Assembly: GCA_951406725.2 (NCBI GenBank)
Contig: OX597814.1
Location: forward strand, 181,908,001 to 181,972,000
Source of the DNA: Octopus vulgaris
Taxonomy: Eukaryota
Reading direction: 5' to 3'
Length of the DNA: 64,000 bases
A model generated the notes under the pieces. It saw nothing but the letters and a program-made list of their open reading frames with translations, did not search any database and was not told the origin of the DNA. Positions 51,570 through 64,000 of this stretch are shown piece by piece (positions within the stretch are counted from its first letter, which is position 1; the number at the start of each line of letters is the position of its first letter). The position numbers and the translations under genes are program-made.

Positions 51570-52260
51570 AACTGGCAATGATTGATTCTTGTTTCATGCC
51601 AGAGCAGTCAGTGGTGCCATCACATATAATACCAATAAACATGGAATCTTCACCTTTTTTTAATTTTTATCTCATGCAGGATGTTATGAGGATATGCCTG
51701 CAGGAATTCATTTTGTATAGTACCAGATAGGAAATTATTTCGATGTTTAAGCCAACTTACTTCTGCACTATTTTTTTTTTTTTTTTGGCAAGTTCTTTTA
51801 TACAAAGTTTCCTGTATCGTGTGCATGTCCTTGTAATGCTAGGCCTTGTCTACCACTGAATCTGACCACTTTGAAAATAATTTTTAATGCTTGCTAGGCT
51901 ACTTCTTGTTACTGAATTGGCTGCTTATTCATAGTCACAGATATGTCTGTCTTTGGCCCAAAGTGCTAACTGCTTTCATGTAGTGACCGAAATGGCTATG
52001 TGCAGCGATTTTTTTTTTCCTGTAATGTTACCCCAGTTTTGTACACAAGTCAAGAAGGCACTTTCCTTAGATGTTGTAATTCTGTTATGCTGAACTCCTT
52101 CTAGACAAAACTGGCAGGTAACAGCATCATGCTGAACATCATAATGAAGCAACAGAACTTCCTTGAACCAGACTGGTAGTATGAGCGTTTCTTTGCATCC
52201 TTAGGAAAGTTAAATCTCTTTCCAGGCACAAATTGTTTTTGTGATGCGTAAAATTTCAAT
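51570..52260 (-). mobile_element. hAT transposase relic (TTF zinc finger plus DUF4371-like region)
   Basis: FPKDAKKRS; VRFSGRQGLALQGH; FLSGTIQNEFL; FIGIICDGTTDCSGMKQ. Confidence 0.8.
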
Positions 52261-53734
52261 GGCATTTCTTGACATGCTGGGACTGTTTTTTTCAATTTTT
52301 TTCTCTGAATTACATCTCTGCAATCTTCGAAAGTCCTGCATTCTCTTGACATGATGCAGTACTGAAGAAACCTGAAAATTTCCTCACTTTTGCTTCTGGT
52401 GGACTTGACATATTACAAAGAGCTGATAATAAAGGAAAAAAAAGTAAAAAAGTGCAAGCAGATCAATAGTTTCATATTAGAAAAGTAGGGTTTCAGGTCT
52501 ATTCAGTTTAGCTGCCAATCTTTGAAAATTCAAATTTATTGAAAATTTTTAAATTTGGTGCATTAATGTAGTTTTCCAAGCTGAATTTCTGAGTGCCAGT
52601 ACACTTATAACAATAGTATGTAGCAATTAAAATGAGAGGAAGAAAAATATTTGACTCTTTATTTTCATTGTTATAATGTACAACTACTTTGAGTTGTTAC
52701 ACAATAATAATTTGATATTCTATAGGTAGTTAAATTCATCTTTTGTTGACAGCGAGAAGATTCATGGAAAAAGGAGAGAGAAACAGTAAGAAAGTTTAGC
52801 TCTTTGGGATGACAAGTAGAAAGGGTGAAAGTTGTATTGTTGCCTGGTGACAATCCATAATTTAAGGGAGAGAAATATGCTCTCTGGTTAAGCTCCAAGT
52901 GACAAAAGAGACAGGACTGATTTTGGATTCTGTATATATATATTTTTCCCTAAATAAATTAGGTCAGAATGAACAAAAGATTTTACCTCTGTAATCAGCC
53001 TTGACCCAAGTCTGACAACTAGCACACAAATTTCCAACTACAAAACAATAGGAAGAGAACTTGTAGAAAAATGTAGATTTGGTTTTGAATCCTGGCTTAG
53101 AACCTAGGAAGCTATTTGTTACACACCCTTCTTTTTTGTATTTTCTCCAACCTGCTTGTAAGTGAAAGTTATTTCAATGTTTTATAGGGTATTTTTTTAA
53201 ATATATTTTGTCTACAGAAAGACATGCTGTTTGACTTTTTGTGATGTGATATGTTATTTAGACAAGGAAGAGAATTTGTTGCTTGTGAATGGCACAGTAA
53301 CTGAACCAATAATCGGTAAGAATATTGAGAATTGGAATTTTAAGAAACCAAGTGTTATTTAGAAATTTAAAATAAACAATTAGTAAATCTAAAGGAAAGA
53401 TTGTGTGATGTAACTGAAGTATTTAAGCTCAAAGGTACATTCCAATATTTGAAGAGTTGCAATATCTCAGATCCATTTCATTGGTTAATGTGAAAAGTAG
53501 GAAGTGCAGGTACTGAAGGGAATTTTACAATAACTTAAGTACTTCGAGAAAGCAGACACATACTCTTACAAAATCAGTTGACTTACTGGCAATGAAATAT
53601 ATAATATAATGATGGAAATACTAAAAATAATTTCGAAGGAATAATCACCACTAATCTAGCTCTTAATATTACTGATAGAATTTGAACTTGTGATGTCAAA
53701 ATTTAATGGACAAATAGAAAAAGTATACTATGTA

Positions 53735-54257
53735 CCGTAAATCCTCTAGTATAGTCTGTCCTTAAGTATAATACCCAGGGGATTTTTAGGGGGCTGTACC
53801 ACTGAAAAACCCAAACCTTGTGTATAATATGCACCCCTTCTCTAACTTGAATCGTGCGTAATTAAGCCAGCAGCATCTAGTCGAACAAACACTTCCACAC
53901 ATGCGTAATACAATAATGGTAATGTTCTTAACTGTTATATGGGAATGTAAATATGTTTTCAAATTGTTTTTATTACATGTTATTCTTATGTTCTGAATAC
54001 TTTTATTTTAATAAATGTTGCTTACTGCAAATTATGGATGATACTCTTATGACTTCATTGCTTTCAGGCTTAGCTTAAGGTATTTTCACGCCCGACATCA
54101 CAAAATGCGTCTAAATAAACATTGCCGGACAGCAAATAATGACTCGGACATTGCTTAGAAAATATTTTTCCTTTTTAACCTTGTATATAGTACGCACTAG
54201 GCATTTTGATCTTTAAGTTTTGGGGAAAAAATGCGGATTATACTCAAGGATTTACGG
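53735..54257. mobile_element. Tc2/pogo-like MITE, 523 bp
   Basis: TA|CCGTAAATCCT...AGTATA and TATACT...AGGATTTACGG|TA. Confidence 0.85.
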
Positions 54258-56094
54258 TAATTAATCATCTATAAATTTAACATAGCTTGGTAGCTTCAGT
54301 GCTCCAACCTGAGGTATACTCCTAAACCTAATTTTTCTGTATGTAGGTGGACTATGTCAAAGGAAGTTACCCATACAACATTTATGGCTTCATTAATTTA
54401 CATGTCCCAAAAATGGGGAATGAGACATGACACATTGTGTACTGAGTATACTTCTTTTAATGGAATAATTCAATTATTTGGTATTGTGAAATGGTCTAGG
54501 AAAGCAAACCAAGGATATATTGTAAGAATGGTCACAGACATGGTTGTGTGGTTCCTTTACAGTAGATACTTAGCTGCAAATTAAGAATAAATCTAGATTA
54601 GTACCCTATTGGTATAACCAGTTTCAAATAGGGCTGTCTAAACAGTATTATAGAGCCCTAGCCAAAGCACTGCACTTGGATCCCTATATATACAAGCATA
54701 AAAAAATGTTTATTTTTAAATAATTATGGAAAAGGAAGATGAAGTTCTAAAAGGACTAAAAAAATAGAATTAAAATTCTAGTTTGACTTCACCTTATATT
54801 GACATTTTGATCACAGTGTCTATTTTATTAGTGATAAAATGATTTTTTTTATATCTTAGAGCTCCTCAGCTTGTGCTGTTTTCAAAACTTTCCCCAATTT
54901 AAAGGTCCCTCAAATGTTTATATTTAGAAAAAGAACTTTTCTTCAGAACTTGGATTATCTTTCCCTAGGACAGTTTCTAAAGTAATATGTGGTCACTACA
55001 AAGAGCACACACCACAAGTTTCAATGGTATTATTGGCACCTTTTTGGGTGCCAATAATATCACCTATTGCAGGAAAAAAATAGTGTACAGCAAAGATTAA
55101 TCAGCACATTGCAGGAGATGGTATAGCATGAAATTATTGTGAATAATAATAAAAAAGGTTTGTGATATTTTTTGCTGACAAATGGCAAACTCATTCAGCT
55201 GATGGATTTATGATTGCAATCCAGACATAGTTAAGGCATTATCATATGATTGACTATAAAAGTTTGATAGCAAAATTTTGTTCTCAATGAGAAAAGAGGA
55301 AGATGAATTTAATAAAATGCTCCACAGCACCTCCTTGAATGTATCAGACAGTCTGTGTTAGCTGATCAGTTTGTAAGATGTCTGAAGTAGAATTCAAATT
55401 TATTGAATCATACTTTGACACTTTGTTTTCTTCAAGAGTAGCATAGAGAGCCTGTTCTTCCATTAATTCATTAAATTCATCATCATTATCATTTAATGCC
55501 CATGTTCCCTACTGGCATGGGTTGGATTATCTGATAGGATCCAACATATCCAAGAACAGCTCCAATGTCTGCTTTGGTATGGTTTTTACTGCTGGGTGCT
55601 CTTCCTAATGCCAGCCACTTTACAGCATGGATTGGGTGCTTTTTTTTTTACCATGAATATTTGCTGATGGATGTAATAGGCTCTCTTTTCCAGCATATCC
55701 ATATTGATTATGATATTGGGTCAAATTCACTCAAAAGCTCTAAAATATCTAAATAGTTCCCATTTTTTCTGGTCGTATGATGTGATTATCCCCATGAAAT
55801 GGCAAAATTCTGGATGCAAGAGAAAGAATTGTAGAAACTACATGTATCAACACTTTATACGACTACTTCTATTCTGGGCAATAATGTTTTGGTAATAAAG
55901 AATCTACATTTTCCAGTTTCATGTTCTACCATAAATTGCTATATTCCAGTGATTGGATCCTGATGTTGCAATGAGAGATTCCACCTTGGACAATAAGTGG
56001 TATACAAATCAGTACCAATGAACTTAGTATGATGAATAGAGTAGCCGTTTTTTTTATACTCTTGCCATTTCTCAGTTTACCATTGACACATTTA

Positions 56095-56832
56095 TCATCA
56101 TCATCATTGTTTAACATCCATTTTCCGTGCTAGCATGGGTTGGATGGTTTGACCGGGGTCTGGGAAGCCAGGAGGCTGCACTAGGCTCCAGTCTGATCTG
56201 GCACTGTTTCTACAGCTGGATGCCCTTCCTAATGCCAACCACTCCGTGAGTGCTTTTTACGTGCCAGGGGAGTCTGGCAGCGGCCACGATCAGATGGTGC
56301 TTTTTACGTGCCACTGGCACGGAAGCCAGTCAAGGCGGTGCTGGCATCGGCCACGTTGGGGTGGTGCTTTTGACGTGCCACTGGCACAGAAGCCAGTCAA
56401 GGCGGCGCCGGCATCGGCCACGTTCGGATGGTGTATTTTACATGCCACCGGCACAGGTATCACAACTACTATATCCATTGATATTTATTTCGATGTTCAT
56501 GTTCATGTACTTGACTCAACAGGACTCCTCAAGCACAGCGGGATGTTCTGGAATCCAAGGTACTTTGAATGGGCAGGGGCTATGCGGAATTGGTGCAGGA
56601 AGCAGCCTGGGTCTTTGCAGTCATAGCATATCTCCAGAGATCTCGGTCCTTCGCCATTGCCTCAGTGAGGCCCAATGCTCTGAGGTCATGCTTGACTACT
56701 TCATCCCATGTCTTCCTGGGTCTACCTCTCCCCCTGATACCTTCAACTGTTTGGGAGCGGCACTTCTTCACACATCTCTCCTCATCCATCCGCAGTACTT
56801 GACCATACCATCACAAGCGTCGCTCTTGCACA
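56095..56832 (-). mobile_element. RTE LINE 3' end plus family-B 3' repeat
   Basis: GRGRPRKTWDEVVKHDLRALGLTEAMAKDRDLWR followed by the same linker and repeats as 13490-14392. Confidence 0.88.
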
Positions 56833-57084
56833 CCACTATATATGTATAGTTAATCCAAACGTGAACAAAGACAAACCACACAACAACACGAGGACGTGGA
56901 ACAAGTATAGTGTTATTGGACACACAGAAAAGGAAAGAAAGAAGTAGTTCGGAGTGATTGAGAGCATGAGTGTGTGTGTCCATGTGTCAGGCACGAGGCG
57001 GTGGCGGATATGTATATATATATAGTGTATTGTTCTATGATGGTAAGATCAACATAAAAAGAACTCCATCTGGTGAGAGATGAA

Positions 57085-57555
57085 TATTATTTTATAAATG
57101 TAATATATGTTTTTATGTGCTGCTATTAGTTTTATATGCTGTGAACATGCCAAACAGTGTTTTTTAAACACATCTGGTGTTCTAGCTCACTCATCAGATA
57201 CTGCCCACATGGCATAATGAACTAAAACTGGAATTAGAGAAAAGCAAAAAGAAAGTATATATAAAAGTGGAAGGTTGAAAAACCAGAAAAACTGAATTTA
57301 GAAATAACTCTAATTCTCACTTTTGCTTCTTTCTGATTTCTTTTTCATTTTTTGGTTTTTCAACCTTCCACCTTTTATATATACTTCCTTCTCACTTTTT
57401 CTCTCATCCCATTTTTAGTTCATTATGCCATGCGGGCAGTGTCAGATGATTGTGCTAGGACTCCAGACGATTTAAAAAAACATTGTTTGGCATGTTCTCA
57501 GCACATGAAGCTAATAGCAGCACATAAAAACATATATTGTATTCATTAAATAATA
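57085..57555. repeat. ~470-bp palindrome (foldback MITE-like)
   Basis: Arms of ~210 bp pair almost to the centre (atatatgtttttatgtgctgctattag / ctaatagcagcacataaaaacatatat). Confidence 0.9.
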
Positions 57556-58310
57556 TATAGTTATTTTGGGGGATTGTTTGTGTTTGTGTTTCTGTGTCAA
57601 CAGCAACACAAACTTTAAAAAAAGACTTTCACTTTGAATAGAAGAAGGGGAGGAGAAAAAGTTGTTGAGAGAGAGAGAGAATGAGAGGGTATGTGTGTGT
57701 TTCTGTGTCTTTCAACATATAGACAGTGCAACACAGACTTTAAAAAAAGTCTTTCACTTTGAACTCTGTATGAATGTATGTGCATGATTAACAAATATTT
57801 TTACCAGTAGAGCATAGTATTTGTAGTTTACTCTTATAGTATTGTATGTATTTATTGACAGCATGGCACAACATACATAGATTAGCACTAGGCTTCTAGA
57901 CACATGATCCTCTGGACAATTTCCTAGCATACCCATACCTTAAGATGACACTGGTCAGACTATTTCGTTACTAATACATAATGTCATGTGAGTTTTTATA
58001 TTTTACTTTCATATGTTGTATTTGATATGTTTTTTTTTTTAGCTTGAGAATGGTTATGTGAAGCAGAATAGTTAGATTTCCCTTTAGATAAGACTTATTC
58101 TATTTAACTCATCTTGTGAGGAAAATAGTTATTACTCTAATTCCTGGTTGACTGATGATGCCCAACTGTAATGTTTGAGAAATGTTTTTGATCATATTTC
58201 TACATTGAGGAGCAGGTAAACCTTGCTAGCATGGGAAAAATGAATACAGATTGTTGAAAGAAAATGTCTGCAATATCAGCTTTTAAAACTGTAAAATTAT
58301 TTTACTTCAG

Positions 58311-58510
58311 ATTAACTCCAGAATTATTAAAGGACACCGATTATCTGTGAATTACTGCCAATTCTTGAATGAGGATAGATTTATACTCAGTTGCTCAGAT
58401 GACAAAACGACCAAACTTTGGAGCACTACAACAAGCAAATGTATTGAAACATTTCAACATGAAAAATCCAAAGCTATACGAAAGGCCCATGTTAACCCTA
58501 ACAATTGCGA
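58311..58510 (+). CDS. WDR88: WD40-repeat protein, WDR88-like, exon 2 (IIKGHRLSVNYCQF...ILSCSDDKTTKLW)
   Basis: Acceptor ttacttcag; canonical GH...S.S.D.T.KLW WD repeat; donor GA|gtaagt, phase 2; orthology from recalled similarity only. Confidence 0.75.
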
Positions 58511-59689
58511 GTAAGTTACATTCAATTTTCTGAATAATTGATATTAGGCTGCAGAAATATATAGTAACTTCTGATTGTGGAAGTACCCCCATAGAGCATT
58601 GCATTATAGTTAAATTACTCAAGTGTTTCAACCTTCAAAGATGCTAACTTTGCTCTTGCCTTTCAAAATGCAACTGAGACATCTTATTTGTAGAATTCTC
58701 CAATCTGCTGCAATCTCAATGAAAATAGCTCTTTCTGTCAAGGACTGAAGTATTTTCTAGCCTTGGAGAGAAACCTCTTTAAATGCAATTCTATCTTGTA
58801 ATTATTGTAAAGGATATCTTTTGTAGAGACATAGAGGGTTTTAGTTGTATGTTTTTCATGCATAAGAAGTATGTAATGAAATACTATTTCCTTGATAGTA
58901 TAGTACTTGTGTATCGGTACTATAGAAAATGACAATACCTCTATTAAAGATTGTTCTAAGGTCCCTGTCCCTGTTCATGGAATCAACATATAGAGTGCTG
59001 TGTCTAGGTTATGTTTGGGGGATATCTGTATGTGAAAAATTAAGAAGTGAATGGAGGTGTAATTTGCTTAGGAACATGTGTGCTTTTAGAAATGATAGCA
59101 ATAAGGTCATTAATGATCAAATGAAAAATGTTGGAGTCATAATTGAAACTCAGGATACATCAAAGTTGATATATTATGCAAGAAAGAAGTCTAGCAGGAC
59201 ATTTACTGTTGAAGAAATGAGAGTTGAATGGAGTAGTTCATAGGTAAGAAACTAAGTCAGATGGTTCTTAGGTTGGACATAGTTAAGGTTTGGCTGATAT
59301 TATGAGTTATAACATTGCTTTCATCAAGAATGAAAGGCTAATGATATGTGACAAAAGAGAGTTTGGAAACCATATTTGCTGAGTAGGGAGAAAGATTTAT
59401 AATGATAAAGGTGGTGGTCTTTATTGACTGTTTCCATACACTTTTGTAATGTTGAAAGGGCAATAAGTTACTGGTTAGTATGGTTAGAGTGTTGCTCCAC
59501 TTCAGAAAGTGATACACTGACATGTGTTTCCATAAACTGTAGAGAAAGACTGAAAAGTTTATTGAGGACTGCAGTAACTCTGGAGTGATGAAAGGAACAC
59601 TATTAGGATAGGTTGTCTTGTTGGGTTAAAGTGGTTGGAGAAGTTTACACACTTGGCAAGTGCATGGCTATGGTGGATGGAGAACCAGG

Positions 59690-60470
59690 TTAACTATGAA
59701 GAGTAGACTCAATGTAAAGAACAGGATCAGTGCAATTGATATAGGGGTTATCCCTTTAATGCAATATGACACAGATGTTGTTAGATGGACAAAGAACAAG
59801 CTTGAGGAAATGGAAAGAAAAGCCAGGAAATTGATGACAATGACCAAGGAATTACACCCGAAAAGCAATGTCAATAGACTGTATGTAAATTGTATGTGTC
59901 TAGAAACAAGGAGGAAAGAGGCTCATAAGATGTAAAATCTGTGTTATCCATGAGGAAAACAGTCTGGGATGGTATGTCAAACAGCAGTCTGAACCTTTGG
60001 TTGTTGCTGTTAAAAATAGCAACATGATACTGAGTGAAAGTGTGACATACCCAAAAGAATTTAAGAAACAAAGAGAGTAAAGATTCAACAACTGGAGGTG
60101 GCTAAGGAAAAATGTTCTGAAAGGATGCACTGAGACATTAATTTGCAGTGCTCAAGAACAAGCTTTGAGAACTAATTACACCAAGTTCCAAATAGATAAG
60201 ATTATTGAATTTCCCCCTTGTAGGATATGTGGCATCAAAAATGAAACAGTTTTACATATTGTGTGTGAGTGTAGCAAATTGGCTCAAAAGGAATACAAAA
60301 AAGATGCATGATAATGTAGCTAAGTATGCTCATTGGAGAGTGTGTGAGATGCATAGTCTTGAAAGGACATTGAAATGATATGAGCATAGGCTCATTGAAA
60401 ATAATGAGTATAACATCTTGTGGAATTTTATAATCCAGTTTGATTCAGCTCGGAGGCCAGGCATTGTTAT
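59690..60470 (+). mobile_element. RLE-type non-LTR element (R4/Dong-like) C-terminal relic
   Basis: AQEQALRTNY, CRIC...ETVLHIVCECSKLA (CCHC knuckle), HDNVA..HW, ILWNF.IQ.D, RRP.IV. Confidence 0.85.
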
Positions 60471-60546
60471 ACAGTGGGCCTCAGTTTACAAACACCTCAT
60501 CTTGAGCAAATTGATTTATGAACCATTTTTCGAACTTAAAACATCT

Positions 60547-61264
60547 TACGTGGATGAAGACCTTCTTTAGCCTGGGGTGCTGGCGTTTCTCCTTTCCCTA
60601 CTCAGTCTTTGGCACTTGATATTTTTATAGAGAATAAATGTCTCCAAACCAGTCACTATTCTATCCAAAAAAGATTAATTTGTGAAACGTGATAGCAAAG
60701 AAGAGCACACATTCACTCTCTGCATGTGATTAGACTTGGAAAGTTTGTGAGGAACCCACTTACCCAATTTGCTGACTTTTCTGAGGGCATACAGGTGTGG
60801 ATGAATGGTTGAATGACCAAATCTAAGATTCTCTGCTAGTTCCTCAACAGTTATGATGGAATTTTGTTCCGCCAGGCTTTGCAGGACATCTTTGTTGAGC
60901 TCTACTGATCTTCCGGGATGAGGCTCATCTTCTAGACCATAGTTTCCGGCTCAGAATTTCTGGAACCACCATTGACACTGGCTTATGCTTATTGTCTGAT
61001 CCCCATATACTGTATTAATATTCCTCATACTTTAAGTTGTGTTGTTGCCTTTATTGAACACATAAAGCAAAATATGCTGAATATGCTCCTTTATAGCTTT
61101 GTAAAAATAACTTAAAATTGAACTGCACTCTTCAAAACTTGCACTAAGAATAAGCACAAGGTAAAATTACTATCTGCATTTATAGGAAGGTAGTTTATCC
61201 TATCCTCCTCCGACTTTTAGCTCATGCAATTGAAAAAAATTGAATTATTTATGTGATGACCCAA
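60547..61264 (-). mobile_element. Truncated second copy of the mariner family (5' half), next to a TA|CAGTG Tigger-like end at 60470-60540
   Basis: Aligns to 45130-45857 including the TIR and TA. Confidence 0.88.
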
Positions 61265-61639
61265 TATATTAAATTCAGTGCATTTCAAAATAAGTATCAG
61301 GTCTTTTGGAAAATGCTACATGTGGTAGTGCAGCATACTAATGAAGGAGATTTATTTGTCATTTGCTTAATGACATTAAGTGGACCAATCCTGATATGCT
61401 TTTGAGATTATTTCCTGTGAAAAATCATTCATATTCTTAAAAATGTGTCGCACACTTATTTTAAACACAGCTTAGAGATCTTGAACTAATAATCTAGGAG
61501 TTAGTTGATAGTGAAGTATACTTAACTAAAGCTTATATATAGATGTTACAAATGTCAGTTTTATGCAGTTTATATTAAGTTTATCTAAAATGCATTTCAA
61601 TTGGCTTTAATTAAATATCAGCATTTTCTTTATTTTTAG

Positions 61640-61703
61640 GTTTGTTAATTGTGGTGATGACAAACGGATTCTGTACTGGGATATGGAACACAAACAAATG
61701 ATA
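61640..61703 (+). CDS. WDR88: WDR88-like exon 3 (FVNCGDDKRILYWDMEHKQMI)
   Basis: Acceptor tttttag; phase 2 in; WD dipeptide; donor ATA|gtttgt, phase 0. Confidence 0.75.
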
Positions 61704-61736
61704 GTTTGTATCTTATTGTTGTCTTTATGCACTATT

Positions 61737-61858
61737 ATGTATGTATGTATGTATGTATGTATGTATCTATGTATCTATGTATGTATGGTATGGTATGTAT
61801 GTATGGTACAGTATGTATGTATGTATGTATGTATGTATGTATGTATGCATGCATGCAT
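61737..61858. repeat. (ATGT)n microsatellite
   Basis: Seen directly. Confidence 0.95.
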
Positions 61859-62345
61859 GTTAAACCATTGGGAGTGAAGGACTCCTAGCCTTTGTTAGGG
61901 TATCCTTCTAGGAGAAGGTAACTCAGGTAACTGGGATAACTCCGACATAAAACCTGCGGCTCAGTGGTTACCGATGATGTTGACTTGTTCTTCTTTTCGG
62001 ATTATGGCTGCTGTTGCTTAGTGAGTGGGATTGACTCAGTGCACAGCCTTTCCTCACTTTAAAAAAATCTTCTTGCACAGGCATTGCACGATAACAACAT
62101 TGATTAAGCTTCGTGCAATGGCCATACTCGATAACGAGGGGGCAGCCACCATGTATGTATGTTTGTATATCGGTCTGTCTGTCATTATTCAATTTTATTT
62201 CAAATTTTTTGCCAATAAAGAACTGGTTTCTAACCTAGATCCAATGTTCCTTCATTGAAATTTCACCAACATCAACAGGGTATTTTTGAATGTTTGTGTG
62301 TATGTATGCAGATTTGCTTGTTTGTTTGTTTTTGTATTTATTTCA

Positions 62346-62727
62346 TCTTTTACTTGTTTCAATCATTAAATTGTTGTCATGCTGGGGCACTGCCTTGAAG
62401 CAGTTTTAGTTGAATGTTTCAACCCTAGTACTTACTTTTTTTTAAAATACTGGTACTTATTCTATCAGTCTCTTTTGCTGAACTGATAAGTTACAGGGAC
62501 GTAAACACACCTGCACCGGTTGTCAAGTGGTGGTCATGCAGAGAAAGAGACACACACACACATACACACAATGGTCTTCTTTCAGTTTCCATCTGCCAAA
62601 TACACGGTTTTGGTTAGCCTGAGGCTATAATAAAAGACATTTTCCCAAGGTGTTATGCAGTGGGACTGAACCCTGAACCATGTGGTTGGGAAGCAAGCTT
62701 CTTACCACACAGCCATGATTATGCCTA
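62346..62727 (-). mobile_element. tRNA-derived SINE (family A)
   Basis: Similar to 537-903. Confidence 0.8.
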
Positions 62728-62886
62728 TGGTGATATTTGATGATATTTCAGAAAAACAAATAGCATGAGTTATCTACGAAACTGGTTACAGTGGCTTAAC
62801 CATTGTATTATATGAATTTGGAATAGTAAGAATATCAGAACTAATGTATAATCATAAAGACAGGATAAAAAAATATAAGTTTTGGA

Positions 62887-63285
62887 TCATCATCATCGTT
62901 TAACGTCTGCTTTCCATGCTAGCATGGGTTAGACGATTTTGACTGAGGGCTGGCGAACCAGATGGCTGCACCAGGCTCCAATCTTAATCTGGCAGAGTTT
63001 CTACAGTTGGATGCCCTTCCTAATGCCAACCACTCCGAGAGTATAGTGGGTGCTTTTTACGTACCACCTGCACGGAGGCCAGTCAGACGGTACTGGCAAT
63101 GACCTCACTCGAATCTTTTTACGCATGCCACCGGCACAGGTGCCAGTAAGGTGACACTGGTAACAATCGCACATGAATGGTGCCCTCTGGCAATGATCAT
63201 GCTCTGATGGTGCTCTTGGCACCATACAAGCATGGGCACAAGTGCCAGTAAGGCGATGCTGGTAACGATCACACCCGAATGGTAA
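62887..63285 (-). mobile_element. Family-B RTE-associated element
   Basis: Very similar to 22380-22800. Confidence 0.85.
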
Positions 63286-63513
63286 TCACATAAAAATGAG
63301 AAGTTGTTATATATTTGCCTTTCCCCTGTATGCCTTAGTGAAATGATATCAGTCAAAAAGACCCTACTCACTGAGGAAATAACAGTAACAAAAAGCTAAC
63401 AAAAAACTGATATACTCCATGGTTAGCAAGAAAATTAGTATCATTGACAGTAGCATTTTTTCTCTCTGTTCTTCTAAGTATATTTCATACATAAACACCA
63501 ATATTTGTTTTAA

Positions 63514-63730
63514 CCCTTTCGTTACTGTATTTATTTTGAGATGCTCTGTGTTTCGTTCAATTACTTTAAATATAACAAAGAATTTAGTAAAATAAGTTAT
63601 CATTCAGCTAGTGTTAGGAAACATAAATTGTGACTAAGGTTTGGTGGAAGATTTTAATTCCAAACTTATGAAAACAAGACATTTCTACTCAGAGCCAGAG
63701 CCGGTTTCAGCCAGGTTGGTAACAAAAAGG
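63514..63730. mobile_element. TTAA-flanked MITE (piggyBac-like)
   Basis: TTAA|CCCTTTCGTTAC ... GTAACAAAAAGG|TTAA. Confidence 0.75.
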
Positions 63731-63919
63731 TTAATGGTATCAGTAATAGTTATGGAAATAGTAGTAATAGAGACAGATTTTCAAACAGCACCTAATTCCA
63801 TTATTGTAATATTATTTTTTTACTTGATAAAAACTACATCTTTTAATATAATAAATTCATTGTAATTCTGTGTTGTTTGAATATTCTTTAATGAACTCTT
63901 TGTCAATCAATAATTTCAG

Positions 63920-64000
63920 TGGAGTGGAGAACATAAAGGAATTGTCATGGATTGTAGAGTTTCACATAATGGAAAGTTACTAGCATCATGTTCTGATCTC
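63920..64000 (+). CDS. WDR88: WDR88-like exon 4, cut by window end (WSGEHKGIVMDCRVSHNGKLLASCSDL)
   Basis: Acceptor aatttcag; phase 0; WD40-type S.NGKLLAS.S motif. Confidence 0.75.

Noticed and set aside
53262-53315. Possible extra exon of the WD40 gene (ttatttag...ATCG|gtaaga)
   Set aside because: Open in phase 1-1 but has a TAA in phase 0, so it does not fit between the phase-0 neighbours
234-63865. Most short ORFs in the supplied track
   Set aside because: Chance frames in AT-rich DNA, antisense frames of real exons, or frames in SINE, LINE and microsatellite sequence

Overview
AT-rich, repeat-dense eukaryotic genomic DNA, not prokaryotic. The SINE/RTE repertoire looks like that of an octopus (coleoid cephalopod); this is inference. 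Two spliced plus-strand genes can be rebuilt from GT-AG sites and reading phase. (1) An ATF7IP/MCAF1/Windei homologue (SETDB1 cofactor): 9 coding exons, 5115-35940, about 1075 aa, ending in the diagnostic FN3 domain. (2) The first four coding exons of a WD40 gene resembling WDR88 (47349 to the window end), with RFX X-box-like and ETS motifs upstream. The rest is SINEs, RTE/CR1/R4-type LINE relics, Gypsy pol relics, mariner, hAT, Merlin, piggyBac-like and pogo-like MITEs, a Helitron-like element and several large inverted repeats. The most interesting signal is in the ATF7IP intron before the FN3 exons. It holds an intact, phase-compatible, AATAAA-followed frame (31587-32012) encoding 23-aa STPR-like repeats, beside a decayed tandem copy. 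This may be an alternative last exon that swaps the FN3 protein-interaction domain for a DNA-binding module. Repeat boundaries are read by eye and approximate; no database searches were run.
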